From contig AP026149.1 of the NCBI GenBank assembly GCA_030295235.1, positions 496,001 through 560,000 on the forward strand: a stretch of DNA of 64,000 bases, given 5' to 3'. A model generated the notes under the pieces. That model did no database searches. It had not been told where the DNA came from and was given only the letters and a program-made list of their open reading frames with translations. The position numbers were made by a program, and so were the translations under genes. Source of the stretch: Fistulifera solaris. Taxonomy: Eukaryota. This document shows, in pieces, positions 37,244-48,873 of this stretch; positions within the stretch are counted from its first letter, which is position 1, and each line of letters opens with the position of its first letter.

Positions 37244-38538
37244 ATGGTTGTACGAATTGACATGAAACGGCGGCAAAATGGTTTTAGCACACCGTATTCC
37301 GTGCCACAAATTGCTGCGTGGATCGCTTTGGTGCTGTCATTTCTGGAATTTATTCTTTTCTATCACCCTTGATGCCACTGGAAATTTCGATACCTGTCAC
37401 AATCTATTTCGTGGCTCTCATTGCGGGAGTTGTCTATTTTGGTTCACGGACACAGCTGATGGACCCGATTGACATTCATCTTTGGAAAGATTTGCGCAGT
37501 GTTAGCCAAGAAGATTCGGCCAACAACGCCTCCGATTACTTTCATATCACTGGAAAATGCTTACCGCAACTATACAAACGCTTGAATCCTGAAATAACAT
37601 CCTTACCAGAGGAAGAAATGAAACAGTGCTGGATTTGTGAGACGATGGTGGCCGATCATTCCATGCATTGCAAGTTCTGCAACAAGTGTGTGTATCATTT
37701 TGATCATCATTGCATGTGTAAGTATATTAATGAAACATATGCGCGAAAAAAGATGTGTCTGACAAGTGTATCATCAGGGCTCAATACGTGTGTGGGGTCA
37801 CACAATTACAAGGACTTTTTTCGAACCATGTGTTTTATCTTTGCCATGGAAGTTTCACATTTTGTCATTCATGTGGTTTTACTTATTATGAGCTTTGTCG
37901 ATGATTCCGATATTGCGGACGATTGGCTGGTCGATGGTTTGGCGGAACTCGTTTACGCGGTGTTGCTCTTCTTCGTGCTATTCAATGTAATGTCGATTCT
38001 GTTAATTGGTCAACTGTTGCAGTTTCACGTTGGTTTACAGCGTGATGGCATTACTACTTATCAGTACATTGTAAGAGATCATAAACTGAAGCGGGAAAGA
38101 TCTCGTTTGGAAGATGAACTTAGAGGACAGCGAGCGCAAAAAGTTGCGGCGGCGCGAGAGCAGGGTAAATCGTTCGAAGTCATGCGACTGAGAATAGGGG
38201 ATCAATGTCGTTCGACCGGTTGTGAAATGTGCGACCCACTGACATTACCCGAACCAAATCCGGAACCGGATCCTGAGGCGGGATTTGCTGCGGCTTTGGG
38301 GACGGGCGCTAATGCTGGGGATCACGAAAGCAATGATGAGCTTGATGTTGAAAACGCGGATGCTTGTGATAGTCGAAACACAACGGGCTTATTCGTAGAA
38401 AATAAGGCTTTCAGCAACGGTTCTGGTAAACTCGTACAACAAAGCGGAGATCATGAGAGGGATGATGGGGCGAATGATTTTTCAATAGCAAGCGAAAATG
38501 TAGCATCACCCTACGAAGAAGACACGTCATCTCACTGA
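37244..38538 (+). CDS. DHHC palmitoyltransferase; intron ~37718-37778, frameshift ~37356
   Basis: CWIC..HCKFCNKCVYHFDHHCM|WLNTCVG..NY, GITTYQY; N-terminal RQNGFSTP. Confidence 0.92.
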
Positions 38539-38585
38539 CAAAGACAACAAGCTATAAAAAATGTTGATAAGGTATTAGCAAGTCG

Positions 38586-39305
38586 TTAATCCATCCGTCG
38601 TTCGACATTGATTCGTTGTACCTGGAGCGAAAACGGAAATATACCTTCACCAAAAGTGCTCGTTGGGTTGGGTACACCACCCGCACGATAAAGAGAGAGC
38701 ATGAGTCCTATTTCACGCATGGAAGTTGGGTCGAGTTGAAGCTTTGCAAGCTCCTCCGAGGAAGGTCTAGACTGGCGCCTACCACCAAATGTTGGTTTGA
38801 AGTCACTAAAAGGGAGAACTGTTTCCTGCCAGTCGTCATCATTGGACGATTCTTTGGTCGGCAAATCGATTTGCCATGAAGGTGTTACTGTAGGATTGCC
38901 AGACCCGCGATTTGCTTCCGACAAAATCAGTTTGTAGGTTTTACCGTCACCTCGATAGCGAATTCGAATTCCTGTCGATGAATTTTTAATAAATCCTTTT
39001 GGCGCCTGACTCCTTATCGATGCAAAACCTCCGCCGTTTGTGTTTATGATCCCGGTAAAATGCAACCGACCCTCATTGTCAGCGCAATGTGATGTTTGTG
39101 ATTGCCCGCCCATGATTCCATCGTCTAATCGAAACCATTCAAGCGATGTGTCGTCGAGTTGTAGCGCACAAACAGTTCCGTGATCGGATGAAACAAGAGA
39201 GTTCATTCGACTCGTCGCGTTCGCTCTTTCAAACCAACGAAGTAGGTTGAAACTCCTTTTTCCGCGCGGGTAGTAGCAACGTGAAGTAGAAAGTAAATAA
39301 GGCAC
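38586..39305 (-). CDS. CIA30/NDUFAF1-like domain protein
   Basis: WFRLDDGIMGGQS, NGGGFASIRS, RGDGKTYKL, WQETVLPFSDF. Confidence 0.85.
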   Translation of the reverse strand: MPYLLSTSRCYYPRGKRSFNLLRWFERANATSRMNSLVSSDHGTVCALQLDDTSLEWFRLDDGIMGGQSQTSHCADNEGRLHFTGIINTNGGGFASIRSQAPKGFIKNSSTGIRIRYRGDGKTYKLILSEANRGSGNPTVTPSWQIDLPTKESSNDDDWQETVLPFSDFKPTFGGRRQSRPSSEELAKLQLDPTSMREIGLMLSLYRAGGVPNPTSTFGEGIFPFSLQVQRINVERRMD

Positions 39306-39530
39306 AATTTGGTGATCCTTTGGTGCATTGTAAATGAATGTATCAAGTGTAATAGCGATACCTGGTTATGGCAACGACCGCGACGATGAGCGGTGCAATC
39401 GGTGCAATACGAAAACGCTCCGACTTCCGGAATTAACATTTGAGTACCGGTGGGTTTTGTTCGTTCTCTGAAAATGTACTTTCAGAAATACATTATCGAC
39501 ACACTTTTGTATACCAAAGTACTCCGTAAC

Positions 39531-39789
39531 GAACATCGATATTCGCGCTATAATAGCGTATTATACCTGAGCCTTTTTTCCCAATATCGATTTTTGTCGA
39601 TATTTGTGCGCCTGACAGACTAATTTGAGGCTTTTTGGCTTTGAAGACAGATGGTCCATGGTACGTAGTATTAATATCGGATATAATATCATATAATACG
39701 ATATTGATATTCGTAAAAAATCCAAATATCGATTTTTGTTGAACTATAGTATAGTACCTCTGTTTCAGCTTTCACGATAATCGATGTTC
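39531..39789. repeat. AT-rich segment with 10-bp terminal inverted repeats and many CGATATT/AATATCG motifs (possible MITE remnant)
   Basis: GAACATCGAT (39531) / ATCGATGTTC (39780); 15-bp direct repeat AATATCGATTTTTGT at 39583 and 39725. Confidence 0.5.
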
Positions 39790-40283
39790 ATTCCCTGTTC
39801 CTTGAATTCATTTACGATCAATCGAGACCCATTTGTACACTACAACAGATACCATGTAAATGGGCCAGCATGGTAGCAAGTGATAAGTACCAAATACATA
39901 AAGGAAGATAGTCTGTGGTCTTAGTGAAAGTTTTAAGCGAGAAAAGCTTACGCAGATCTTACATAATAGGCAAGAGTGCAATTTTGTCCGCATTTTTCTG
40001 GGCTTCATATTACCTAAGTAAAGTTTTCTTTACTTCTCATTTCCGACTTGAAGGGAATAATTGCGCTTAGCGTTGGCCTAGTGTTGGGAAACCAAGATTC
40101 TTCCCCAACGAAATCTGATCACAACAAGTAAAACCATCGCATCTTTGCGCCACCTTCGAAAGAAAATACGGAGTATAAACAATTCGCCCCTTCCTTGTTG
40201 TTGTTCCTTCAATGAAAGGTCTATCTCCATTCAAAACTTATTAATTTGATGAGCATTGGATCAGATCATTTGAAGCCTTCAAG

Positions 40284-41219
40284 ATGTACAGCACGCCATT
40301 TCGAGGGAGACAGTCTTTGAGCTCTTATCTGTCAGCGGAAGATCGCAGATTCATGAGCCCTCTTTCGGAAAAGGAGACAGATTCGTATCCCACGCAAGAT
40401 ACAGACTCCGACACTTTCTTTTCGGCTGAAGAGTACTTTAGTCCATCTCCTCGTCGACGTTCTCGACGACCAGCGAGTATCCAGTGGCCAGATCAGGTTG
40501 GACAGGAATTAGAAATCATTCATCCTCTGCAGGATGATTTAGAGCCGGCTACAGTGCGAATCGTCGTGTTCCTTGTCAACTCGAAAGAGAAGAAATACGA
40601 ATTTGTTCACTGTGAATTTTGCAATGAAGAGAGGCTGCTTGTCTCTGATGTATTACAACAGCTCAAGTTTACATCGGTTCTCACGCAATGGGAAGCGTTT
40701 GATAGCCTTATCCAAGAAAAGTCGGGTGAAAAATTACGGAACACTCATGATCTAACGAGTTACGGTTTGAGAGATGGAGAGATATTGATTGCAACATCGG
40801 GTTGCAAGGAGAAGGACGGTATCAAATATTTCAAAAGTATTACAAAGAAACATGGCCGATTTCTTCGCAAGGCCGTTAAGAAAGCCCGCATTCAAGGACG
40901 GGCTTTGCAGTGTTTGTTTACGAGCGCGCAGTGGGCGGAAGTTGCATCTTGCGAAACCGTGTTGCGCAAGTTTGCTATCGAACGAAACGAGGCGTTTGGT
41001 GATTTTGGCTACAAATCCTCTGATGATGAAGGCGATTTCAAAGGCTCGTCTCGTGGGGGCTTTCTCTCTCGCAAAGTCCTACGAGAATTTCAAATGAGGA
41101 CTAAGGAAGCACTGGCTGCCAAGGAAGCGAGACGTCAAAAATGGAAAGAACGCAATCAGAAATTCAAGAACAGAATTCGCCACTTTCCCATGGTGATGGA
41201 GTGGTACCGTGTCAAGTAA
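40284..41219 (+). CDS. Hypothetical protein
   Basis: 311-aa uninterrupted ATG ORF with a globular-looking core IVVFLVNSKEKKYEFVHCEF. Confidence 0.7.
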   Translation: MYSTPFRGRQSLSSYLSAEDRRFMSPLSEKETDSYPTQDTDSDTFFSAEEYFSPSPRRRSRRPASIQWPDQVGQELEIIHPLQDDLEPATVRIVVFLVNSKEKKYEFVHCEFCNEERLLVSDVLQQLKFTSVLTQWEAFDSLIQEKSGEKLRNTHDLTSYGLRDGEILIATSGCKEKDGIKYFKSITKKHGRFLRKAVKKARIQGRALQCLFTSAQWAEVASCETVLRKFAIERNEAFGDFGYKSSDDEGDFKGSSRGGFLSRKVLREFQMRTKEALAAKEARRQKWKERNQKFKNRIRHFPMVMEWYRVK

Positions 41220-41512
41220 AAACGATTGCCGAGATCAGCTCTTGATCTCATGCTAGAAATAGAAGCAAAAGAGTAGAAACTGTTTATAAATGCAAAAAAA
41301 GATGGAGGTTCAAAAGACTCCAGTTGTCTACCCAATTTTGATTAGGGTACCTGGTAATGCAGTCGTGGAATAGTGGCCAAGCCTACACTTTGGACTATAG
41401 TGACTGGTAATTCGCGGACACGGCCCTCGGCATTACAGCCTTTGTTACAGCTGGTGAAGCAATCATTTCGACCTGCAAAAATCATTTCAACTGCGTTCCT
41501 ATACACTCCAGA

Positions 41513-42498
41513 ATGAAATGCATGCTTTCTTTAGTAGTTTCTCATCGTACGCTTGCGTTCAGGAGGATTTCCGAGCGAGCCGTTCGAAGAGCAGGTACAG
41601 GGAACATCAATAGTATCCAGAGTCGTTCGCCGGAACCAACTTTTCGACGGACACATCGTCGATTGCACAGCACCTCTCCCAACGAAAATGATGAATTATC
41701 CTTTCTAGAGACGGTGCAATTACTTGCTTTTCGCGGTGCCCTGGCTGCGAGTACTGTGTATGTAGTCACGGAATACTGCGTTGACGTTACATTGTGTGAA
41801 GGCCCTTCGATGCATCCGACTATTCAATCTTCGGGGGAAATCATCTTGGTTGACAAGTGGACGCCTCGTAGTCATGGCATGGCCGACGGTTCTGTTGCGG
41901 CGGGACGAGTTATGGCTGCGCGGAGCCGGCAACGTGCCTATCAAAAGCAACAATCCCCACCTCACCAAAGTTCGAAACAGCATCCATCCTTCTTTTGGCA
42001 CGAACCGCGCGTGTCTGTCTCCGATCTACCACCTTACACTTGGTCTGACGCTTGGCAACAAATGCAATCTCCTCTGAATGTGGGTGACGTCGTTGTCGTC
42101 CAGCATCCCTCTCGAAAAGGAACCGTGTGCAAACGCATCGTGGCTCTACCCGGCGACACGGTCATTGGGAATACCGCACCGCGAAGAGCGACCTTTATTC
42201 TCGCAGCAACGTTTCGGTCGTAGTTCCAGATGGCTGTTTATGGCTAGAAGGTGACAATCCGGCCAATTCGTCGGATTCTCGTGATTACGGGCCGATTCCG
42301 GCCAATTTGTTGGTAGGCCGAGTCGTCGCCCGCGTATGGCCTCCGTTTGTGTGGATGCCACGGGGGTCTCCGCCTCGCACCAACCAGCCGGGTGGATCGA
42401 CGGTCTTGCCCGCGGGATATCAAGGTCAGCAGATCCGGAAACAGTTGCCGCTTGAGAGGGATGATGATCAACACGACATCAATTCGGCGAGCAACTGA
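41513..42498 (+). CDS. Mitochondrial inner membrane peptidase IMP1-like (S26), copy A; frameshift ~42190-42215
   Basis: CEGPSMHPT (catalytic Ser), GDVVV, VCKRIVALPGD (Lys), VPDGCLWLEGDNPANSSDSRDYGP. Confidence 0.87.
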
Positions 42499-43196
42499 TT
42501 TTGCTGCAGGCAAACTAATTAATTATGTCGTCATTCAATTATTTAAGGTTAGACAGCAGACTAAGTAATATGTTTGGATCTTGATAGTCATGTAGTCGCT
42601 CATAAAGATGTGTCTAGTGTCCATAGTGTACGGGACTGAACTCTTGTTGAGTCACAGGAAAAGGCCGCCTACATGTTAGTTGAGAGTGAAAAGGACCCAA
42701 AGAATGGAACAGCTGCCATTGAGAGGAATAGCGAGGCAGAAGCAAAGAATGGAGGGATGCAATGCAGCTATAACTTGGTCTTCTTCACTTCGTACAAAGC
42801 CAACGAACCAAGTTTCGGGACTGTATCTGCGCTGCGCCCCGAGAACGGAACCCGTACGACATACCATCTCACTGTATTTGCATGCGAAGCTGGGTCGATG
42901 ACGCGGGAAGAAAATGCCGTGTCGCGGACCAAAGATATACTGTGGTCTCCAAAGTAAGCGGACGAAATCTTGGCTCTCTTTGGCGGAGACTGAAAAAAAA
43001 CGCCCTCCGATCCATCGCTGCACATGCGTGCGGAGATCCATTCCGTTCTCTTTCGGCATGGGCCTTTGACACGGCGTTTGGCTTTTGATACTAAAACGTA
43101 ACAAAAACGAAACGAATCAAGCCTCAAGAGTTGGGTGACTTCTATATTATTGCGCTTCTTTCTCTTGTTAATCTTGTTTGATTTTTCCTTTTGAAA

Positions 43197-45796
43197 ATGG
43201 AGGTACGTTGCTGGTCGCGAACGACAGCGGAAATATAGCTTGACACAAATCTTTCCCCTCATCGGCGGTGTCGGCTCCTACGGAGTTGCAGGACAATGAT
43301 GCAACATAACTCAGCAGTCTCTTTCGTTTTTTTTGCGCTTCATATTGAGAGTGATCTCTCACACAAACATCTACATGTCTCTTCTTCTCTTCTTCATTCA
43401 CAGATATCAGCGAGCAGTCTCATTTTCCTCGCCGGCGTCGTGGGCATTGCCTGGGCGTACAGCCAATTCCGTATTATTGCCAAGATTCCCGTCGAAAGCA
43501 ACAGCGGTAACTCCGAATCGCAGCCATTGACCAGCAGCGGCAATGACGCCGAGAAAACGGCGCGTTTGCAAGAAATCTATCAAGCCATTTACGAAGGAGC
43601 CGAGTCCTTCTTGCGAGCCGAATACATCGTCTGCTTCTGGTTCATTAGTGTCTTTAGTATTATTGTGCTGGTCCTCGTTTCGTGGGGAACAGGTTGGGAT
43701 GCGGCGCGTGGTGTATTCACGGCGCTCAGTTTCTTGCTCGGTGCTATTACTAGCATGGGCAGTGGCTATTTGGGTATGAAGGTTGCCGTCTTTTCCAACG
43801 TGCGTACTACGGTCAGTGCCCAGAAACCCGGGTGGACCGATTGCTTCAACACGGCATTTCGGGCCGGAGCTGTCATGGGATTTGCTCTCTGTGCCCTCGG
43901 TTTGCTCATGTTGTACATGACCATGTTGGCCTTTCGTGTGCATTATCCCGAGGCCAAGCAGTGGATCTATCTTACCGAGTGCATCACCGGTTATGGTCTC
44001 GGTGGTTCCGTCATTGCCATGTTTGGACGTGTTGGAGGAGGTATTTACACCAAGGCGGCGGATGTTGGTGCGGATCTAGTTGGAAAAGTCGTGCACGGAA
44101 TTCCGGAGGTGAGTCGAATTTGTTAGCTCATAATAAAAATGGGTTGCATTCTTTTTTTTCTCACTACCTTTTCGAAATCCAGGACGACCCACGAAACCCT
44201 GCTACCATTGCGGACAATGTCGGTGACAATGTTGGTGATGTCGCTGGTATGGGAAGTGACTTGTTCGGAAGTTTTGCCGAGTCGACCTGTGCCGCTCTCG
44301 TCATTGGTAGCAGCATTGGAATTTCGGGAGGTTGGGATGCCATGGTGTTCCCCATTCTCGTCAGTTCGGTTGGTATCTTCGTTTGCTTGATCTGCAGTTT
44401 CATTGCGACGCACATTAAGACCGTCAAGCGTGAAGCGGATGTCGAAATGGCTTTGAAGGTGCAGCTCATCTCCACCACGATTGTCATGATCCCCACCGTC
44501 TACTACACGGCCATGTCCTACCTCCCGGCCAAGTTTCAATTGGCAAAAACGGTCGGCACTGGAAGTCTGGATATCACTCCCTTGGATGCTACCTACTGTG
44601 TTGCCATGGGTGTAGTCGGTGGTCTCATCATTGGTTTGATCACCGAATACTACACCAGTCATTCGTACCAGCCAGTTCGTGAGGTTGCCAACTCGTGCAA
44701 GACGGGTGCCGCTACCAACATGATTTACGGTATTGCTTTGGGATACAAGAGTGCGATTATCCCCGTTCTCGTGTTGGCTTTAGTTATCTACACTTCGTTC
44801 ACGATCTGCGACATGTACGGTGTGGCTCTGGCGGCGATTGGTTTCTTGTCTAACTTGGCGACTGGTTTGACCATTGACGTTTACGGTCCAGTTTGCGACA
44901 ATGCTGGTGGTAAGTTGCTTCAATTGATTCGTGTAGTACGATGCTCTGTTGATTATACGATAAATTTATTGTTTTGCTTTCCTTCTTTTGCTACAGGTAT
45001 TGCTGAGATGGCCGAGCTCGATCCTAGTGTACGCGAAAAGACCGATGCTTTGGATGCTGCTGGTAATACAACTGCTGCTATCGGAAAGGGCTTCGCCATC
45101 GGTTCCGCGGCTCTTGTCTCTCTCGCTCTCTTTGGTGCCTTCGTTACACGCATTCGCCATGCTTCCGGAGACAAAGTCTTTGCCGATGGTGTCAACATGT
45201 TGGAGCCTGTCACGTTTGCCTTCTTGATTGTGGGTGGTATGATCCCGTTCGCATTTGCTGCTCTCACCATGAAGAGTGTTGGTGAAGCCGCCATGGCTAT
45301 GGTCTTGGAAGTCCAGCGTCAGTTTGACGAAAAGCCTCATCTTTTGGATGCCAACCCTACGGAACGACCGGACTACGATGCTTGCATTGCCATCAGTACT
45401 CAGGCTTCTCTCCGTGAAATGGTTCCCCCTGCGGCCATGGTTATTTTCACTCCTCTTTTGACCGGTATCTTCTTTGGAGTTTCGGCTGTCTCGGGTCTCT
45501 TGGTTGGTTCTTTGATCGCTTCCATTCAGTTGGCCATTTCTATGTCCAACTCGGGTGGTGCTTGGGACAATGCTAAGAAATATATTGAAAAAGCTTCTCC
45601 GGACAGTGAACTTCAGGGCAAGGGATCGGACATTCACAAGGCGGCGGTTGTCGGTGACACTGTGGGTGATCCGTTCAAAGACACGTCCGGACCAGCCTTG
45701 AACATTGTCATGAAGTTGCAGGCCGTCTTGGCTCTTGTCTTTGCGGATACTTTCTTCGCCGTTAACGCTGGAAAGGGTCTTCTCAAGATGGGCTAA
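43197..45796 (+). CDS. Vacuolar-type H+-translocating pyrophosphatase, K+-dependent type; introns ~43203-43403, ~44110-44182, ~44910-44997
   Basis: [54 protein letters not shown] (Ala = K+-dependent), [14 protein letters not shown]. Confidence 0.96.
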
Positions 45797-45915
45797 ATCA
45801 TTATGTCTCTGAACCAAATAATAAATGAAATGCCGGCCGTTAGCTTAAAGATGTCTAGCTAAAAGAAAAGTAAAGTGCTGCTTCTGTCTACTGTGTCCTT
45901 AATTTCTCATGTCTT

Positions 45916-46881
45916 TTATTGTTTATTCCTAGTTGTCGGTTGTGGCGGAATGCTCCGAACAATCATTTGTCCTTGATAACCGGCTGGCAAAACAGTCGAC
46001 TCGGCTCCATAAGTATGAGGAAGGACGGGAGGCTCGCCACGACGAAACCACGCTCGTTTTCGAATGGGCCACAGCCGCAATAGAACACGTCCGATGACCA
46101 GTTCCGTGGGTACAGGACCATAATCACGCGAATCCGACGAATTTAACGGATTATCACCTTCTAACCACAGATAACCGTCGGGAATCACCAACAGTCGTTG
46201 GTGCGGAGGTAGATGGAATCGTTCCGCTTGTTCCCGACACAACAATACCTGATCGCCAGGCAATCCCAAAATACGCTTACAAATCATTCCTGGTCGATGC
46301 GGATGCCACGTTGCGACTAAATCACCCACACTGAGTGGCGAAAAGAAGTGTTGGAGTTTACCCCATAACGAAAGTGGTTGATAGCGATTTAATTCCGTGA
46401 CCGAAACTTTGGGTTCCCACCAAACGGCTTGCTCCTCCTCACCTTGTTGTTGCTGAGCATATCGAATGCGACTTTTTCCGGTTCTACCACCCGCCATGGC
46501 ACGACGACACCAGAACTTTTCCAGTAAAATGATTTCTCCAAAGGGCTCGAGAGTGGGGTACATACTCGGACCTTCACATTGTGTGAAATCGAAACAATAC
46601 TCGCGAACAAAATACACCCAACCGGCAGCCAGGATAGCACGTGGTGCTATAATCCAGAATTTGGATGACACTGATAAGGAATCGTACGATGGTGATGAAT
46701 GAGGTAGAACAGGTTGAGAAGGATTGGGCGATGAAGACGGTGAATGATAAGTAGCAGATTGACGTCTCGGTCGGTCCTTGCAAGATACATGACAGTTGTT
46801 GCCTGGGCGCATAAACTTCCCGTTGCTACGACTCCCTCGTGATATGGTTTTCAACAATCCTGGCAGTATGATTCGCTGCAT
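45916..46881 (-). CDS. Mitochondrial inner membrane peptidase IMP1-like (S26), copy B
   Basis: CEGPSMYPT, GDLV, ICKRILGLPGD, IPDGYLWLEGDNPLNSSDSRDYGP. Confidence 0.9.
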   Translation of the reverse strand: MQRIILPGLLKTISRGSRSNGKFMRPGNNCHVSCKDRPRRQSATYHSPSSSPNPSQPVLPHSSPSYDSLSVSSKFWIIAPRAILAAGWVYFVREYCFDFTQCEGPSMYPTLEPFGEIILLEKFWCRRAMAGGRTGKSRIRYAQQQQGEEEQAVWWEPKVSVTELNRYQPLSLWGKLQHFFSPLSVGDLVATWHPHRPGMICKRILGLPGDQVLLCREQAERFHLPPHQRLLVIPDGYLWLEGDNPLNSSDSRDYGPVPTELVIGRVLLRLWPIRKRAWFRRGEPPVLPHTYGAESTVLPAGYQGQMIVRSIPPQPTTRNKQ

Positions 46882-47102
46882 TTCTTCGTCCGCCTCGACT
46901 TTTCGAAAGAATATTAAGAATTACCAGGTATCTGTTTCCCCTCGCTCGAGTACTTCGCCTGTGATTTCGATGAACCGGAGTAATCGAATGTTATGTTCTT
47001 AAAAGAGACGAGGATGTGCGATATTAAATGCATGACGCATTTGTTGCGCTCAGAAAAATCGGTTGAAGCAAATGCGCAGCACAACATGCATCCGTCCACA
47101 TA

Positions 47103-47298
47103 AAAATCTGGGTGTGTGTTATTTCCACGTTTCCGGATAATGTGGGTGAGTGGTATTTTCACGTTTCCAGAAAATGTGGGTGTGTGGTATTTTCGCATAT
47201 CCAGAAAATGTGGGAGTGTGGTATTTTCACGTGGCCAGAAAATGTGGGTGTGTGGTATTTTCGCATAGCCAGAAAATGTGGCGGCTTGGTATTTTCAC
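47103..47298. repeat. Tandem array of a 34-bp unit (~5.5 copies)
   Basis: Consensus GTGTGGTATTTTC-N9-GAAAATGTGGGT; cores ACGTTTCCA, GCATATCCA, ACGTGGCCA, GCATAGCCA. Confidence 0.93.
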
Positions 47299-47537
47299 TT
47301 GCATCATGCATGTCAGGCCCCTTTCGTCAAATTTATTTATTGCCTTATAAACTATTGCTTTGAACGACTTTTATTCTCGGTCCACTAAATTGTTTCTTAG
47401 TATAAGAAGACATTCGAGGAATAATTTCTTTTAGGGTGGACGAGGCAATAAAACGGAGGAGGAAAACGAAACGATTCAGCTCTTCTACAATGAGTTCAGT
47501 TTGTTAGCCTTCTAAAAATGACCTTAGTTTTCCTCCG

Positions 47538-48804
47538 ATGCAAACGAATTGCCTGGAAAGGTCTATTTCTGGGTATATTTCTTTGCTGGGACATCAGTGC
47601 ACATTTTTGATAATTCGCGGCCCCATGGCGACGTTACCCGTGGCGATGAATGATCCAGCTCCCAATGTCTTTCTCCCTGAGTTACCGCCCACCGATAAAA
47701 CTTCTTCGCTGTGTACTTCGATCACTTCAGTGCAAGAACTGGAAACGTTTCTACCGAATCATACAACCAATCAAACGACAAATTGGGACAAGATATGGAA
47801 AGTCCCCGGAATATTGAATAGTAGTAGTACGACGACGATCTTTCCGGAGAAATATCTGAATCAATCTACTTGTTTCTTTTTGCGACACCCCAATCCAAAC
47901 ATTTCCCCCACGCGATGCAACAATTATATCGTTGCTGGTCTTACTGGAGACGGTATCCCGAATCTACTCCTGTACTTGTTGGACCATCTCATCATCGTGG
48001 CTTTCGTCCCACAGTGCGTCCCGACTTCTTTACCAATATGTTGCACGCACTACAGACCGCCATTGGTTTGCACGTAGTCGCCATGAATTATTCGACCATC
48101 TCTGAATTGGATGATGTGATGGAAACTCACGGAATTCGTTCGGTGCGTTCTACCTTTGAACACGGAGATGGCTTTGCGCTGGCATCGTCACACGATGCCG
48201 TAGAATTACGCAATGCGATTCTCGGTAATCGTACGAACGACAAAAGGCGCGATTGGCAAACGGGTTGTCCGTTGCTTGTTTCGGAACGTCTTCCACGGAT
48301 CGCATTGTTGAACCGGGATGAGAAACAGTCACAGCGATCCTTTTGAACGCCATTGAAGTGGCACAGGCCATCACGGACAATGGTTTGTCTTCAGAAGTCC
48401 CAATCATCTACTTTGAGAATGCCACATTCGTCGAGCAAATCCAGTTTTTCAATAATGTCGACATTGTCCTATCGCCGCATGGAGCCCAATTGACCAGTAT
48501 GGCCTTTTTGCCGTCGTGTGGAGGGGTTTTGGAATTTTTTCCACGGGGTTATTTTGTGCCGTACTATTTTGGATCTTTGGCCCGTGCTGCCGGTCTCCGT
48601 TACACCGCTCTGTATCTATCCGAGAATCGGGATGATTGGGAGAAAGAAACGCGTGAGGCGACTCGCAGTGTGCAATCGCGATTCCGTATTCGACAGAGCA
48701 ACTTGTGTCCATCCGTAGATGACGTGGTACGCCTTGTCAGGGAAGATGGTGAGCCACTGGACCGATTGTTGTGCACGAATCGTTTCCCGGTCGTAAAGAA
48801 ATAA
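47538..48804 (+). CDS. Glycosyltransferase family 61 protein; frameshifts ~47885 and ~48343
   Basis: HFPHAMQQLYRCWS, RIALLNR, FENATFVEQI..DIVLSPHGAQLT..LPSCGGVLEFFP. Confidence 0.82.
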
Positions 48805-48873
48805 AAATGTCATACTTAACATCTATTATAACATTGAATGTTTTGATTATTTCATGGCTCCATTTTCCAGCAG

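Noticed and set aside
43407..45817. Long antisense ORFs over the H+-PPase (e.g. 44966-45817, 44123-44662)
   Set aside because: Shadow ORFs caused by codon bias of a conserved gene; no recognisable motifs.
47103..47298. 34-bp array as a CRISPR array or a set of lox-like sites
   Set aside because: The variable part is only ~9 nt and alternates rather than being unique, the inverted arms are only 6 bp, and no cas or recombinase gene is nearby in this eukaryotic context.
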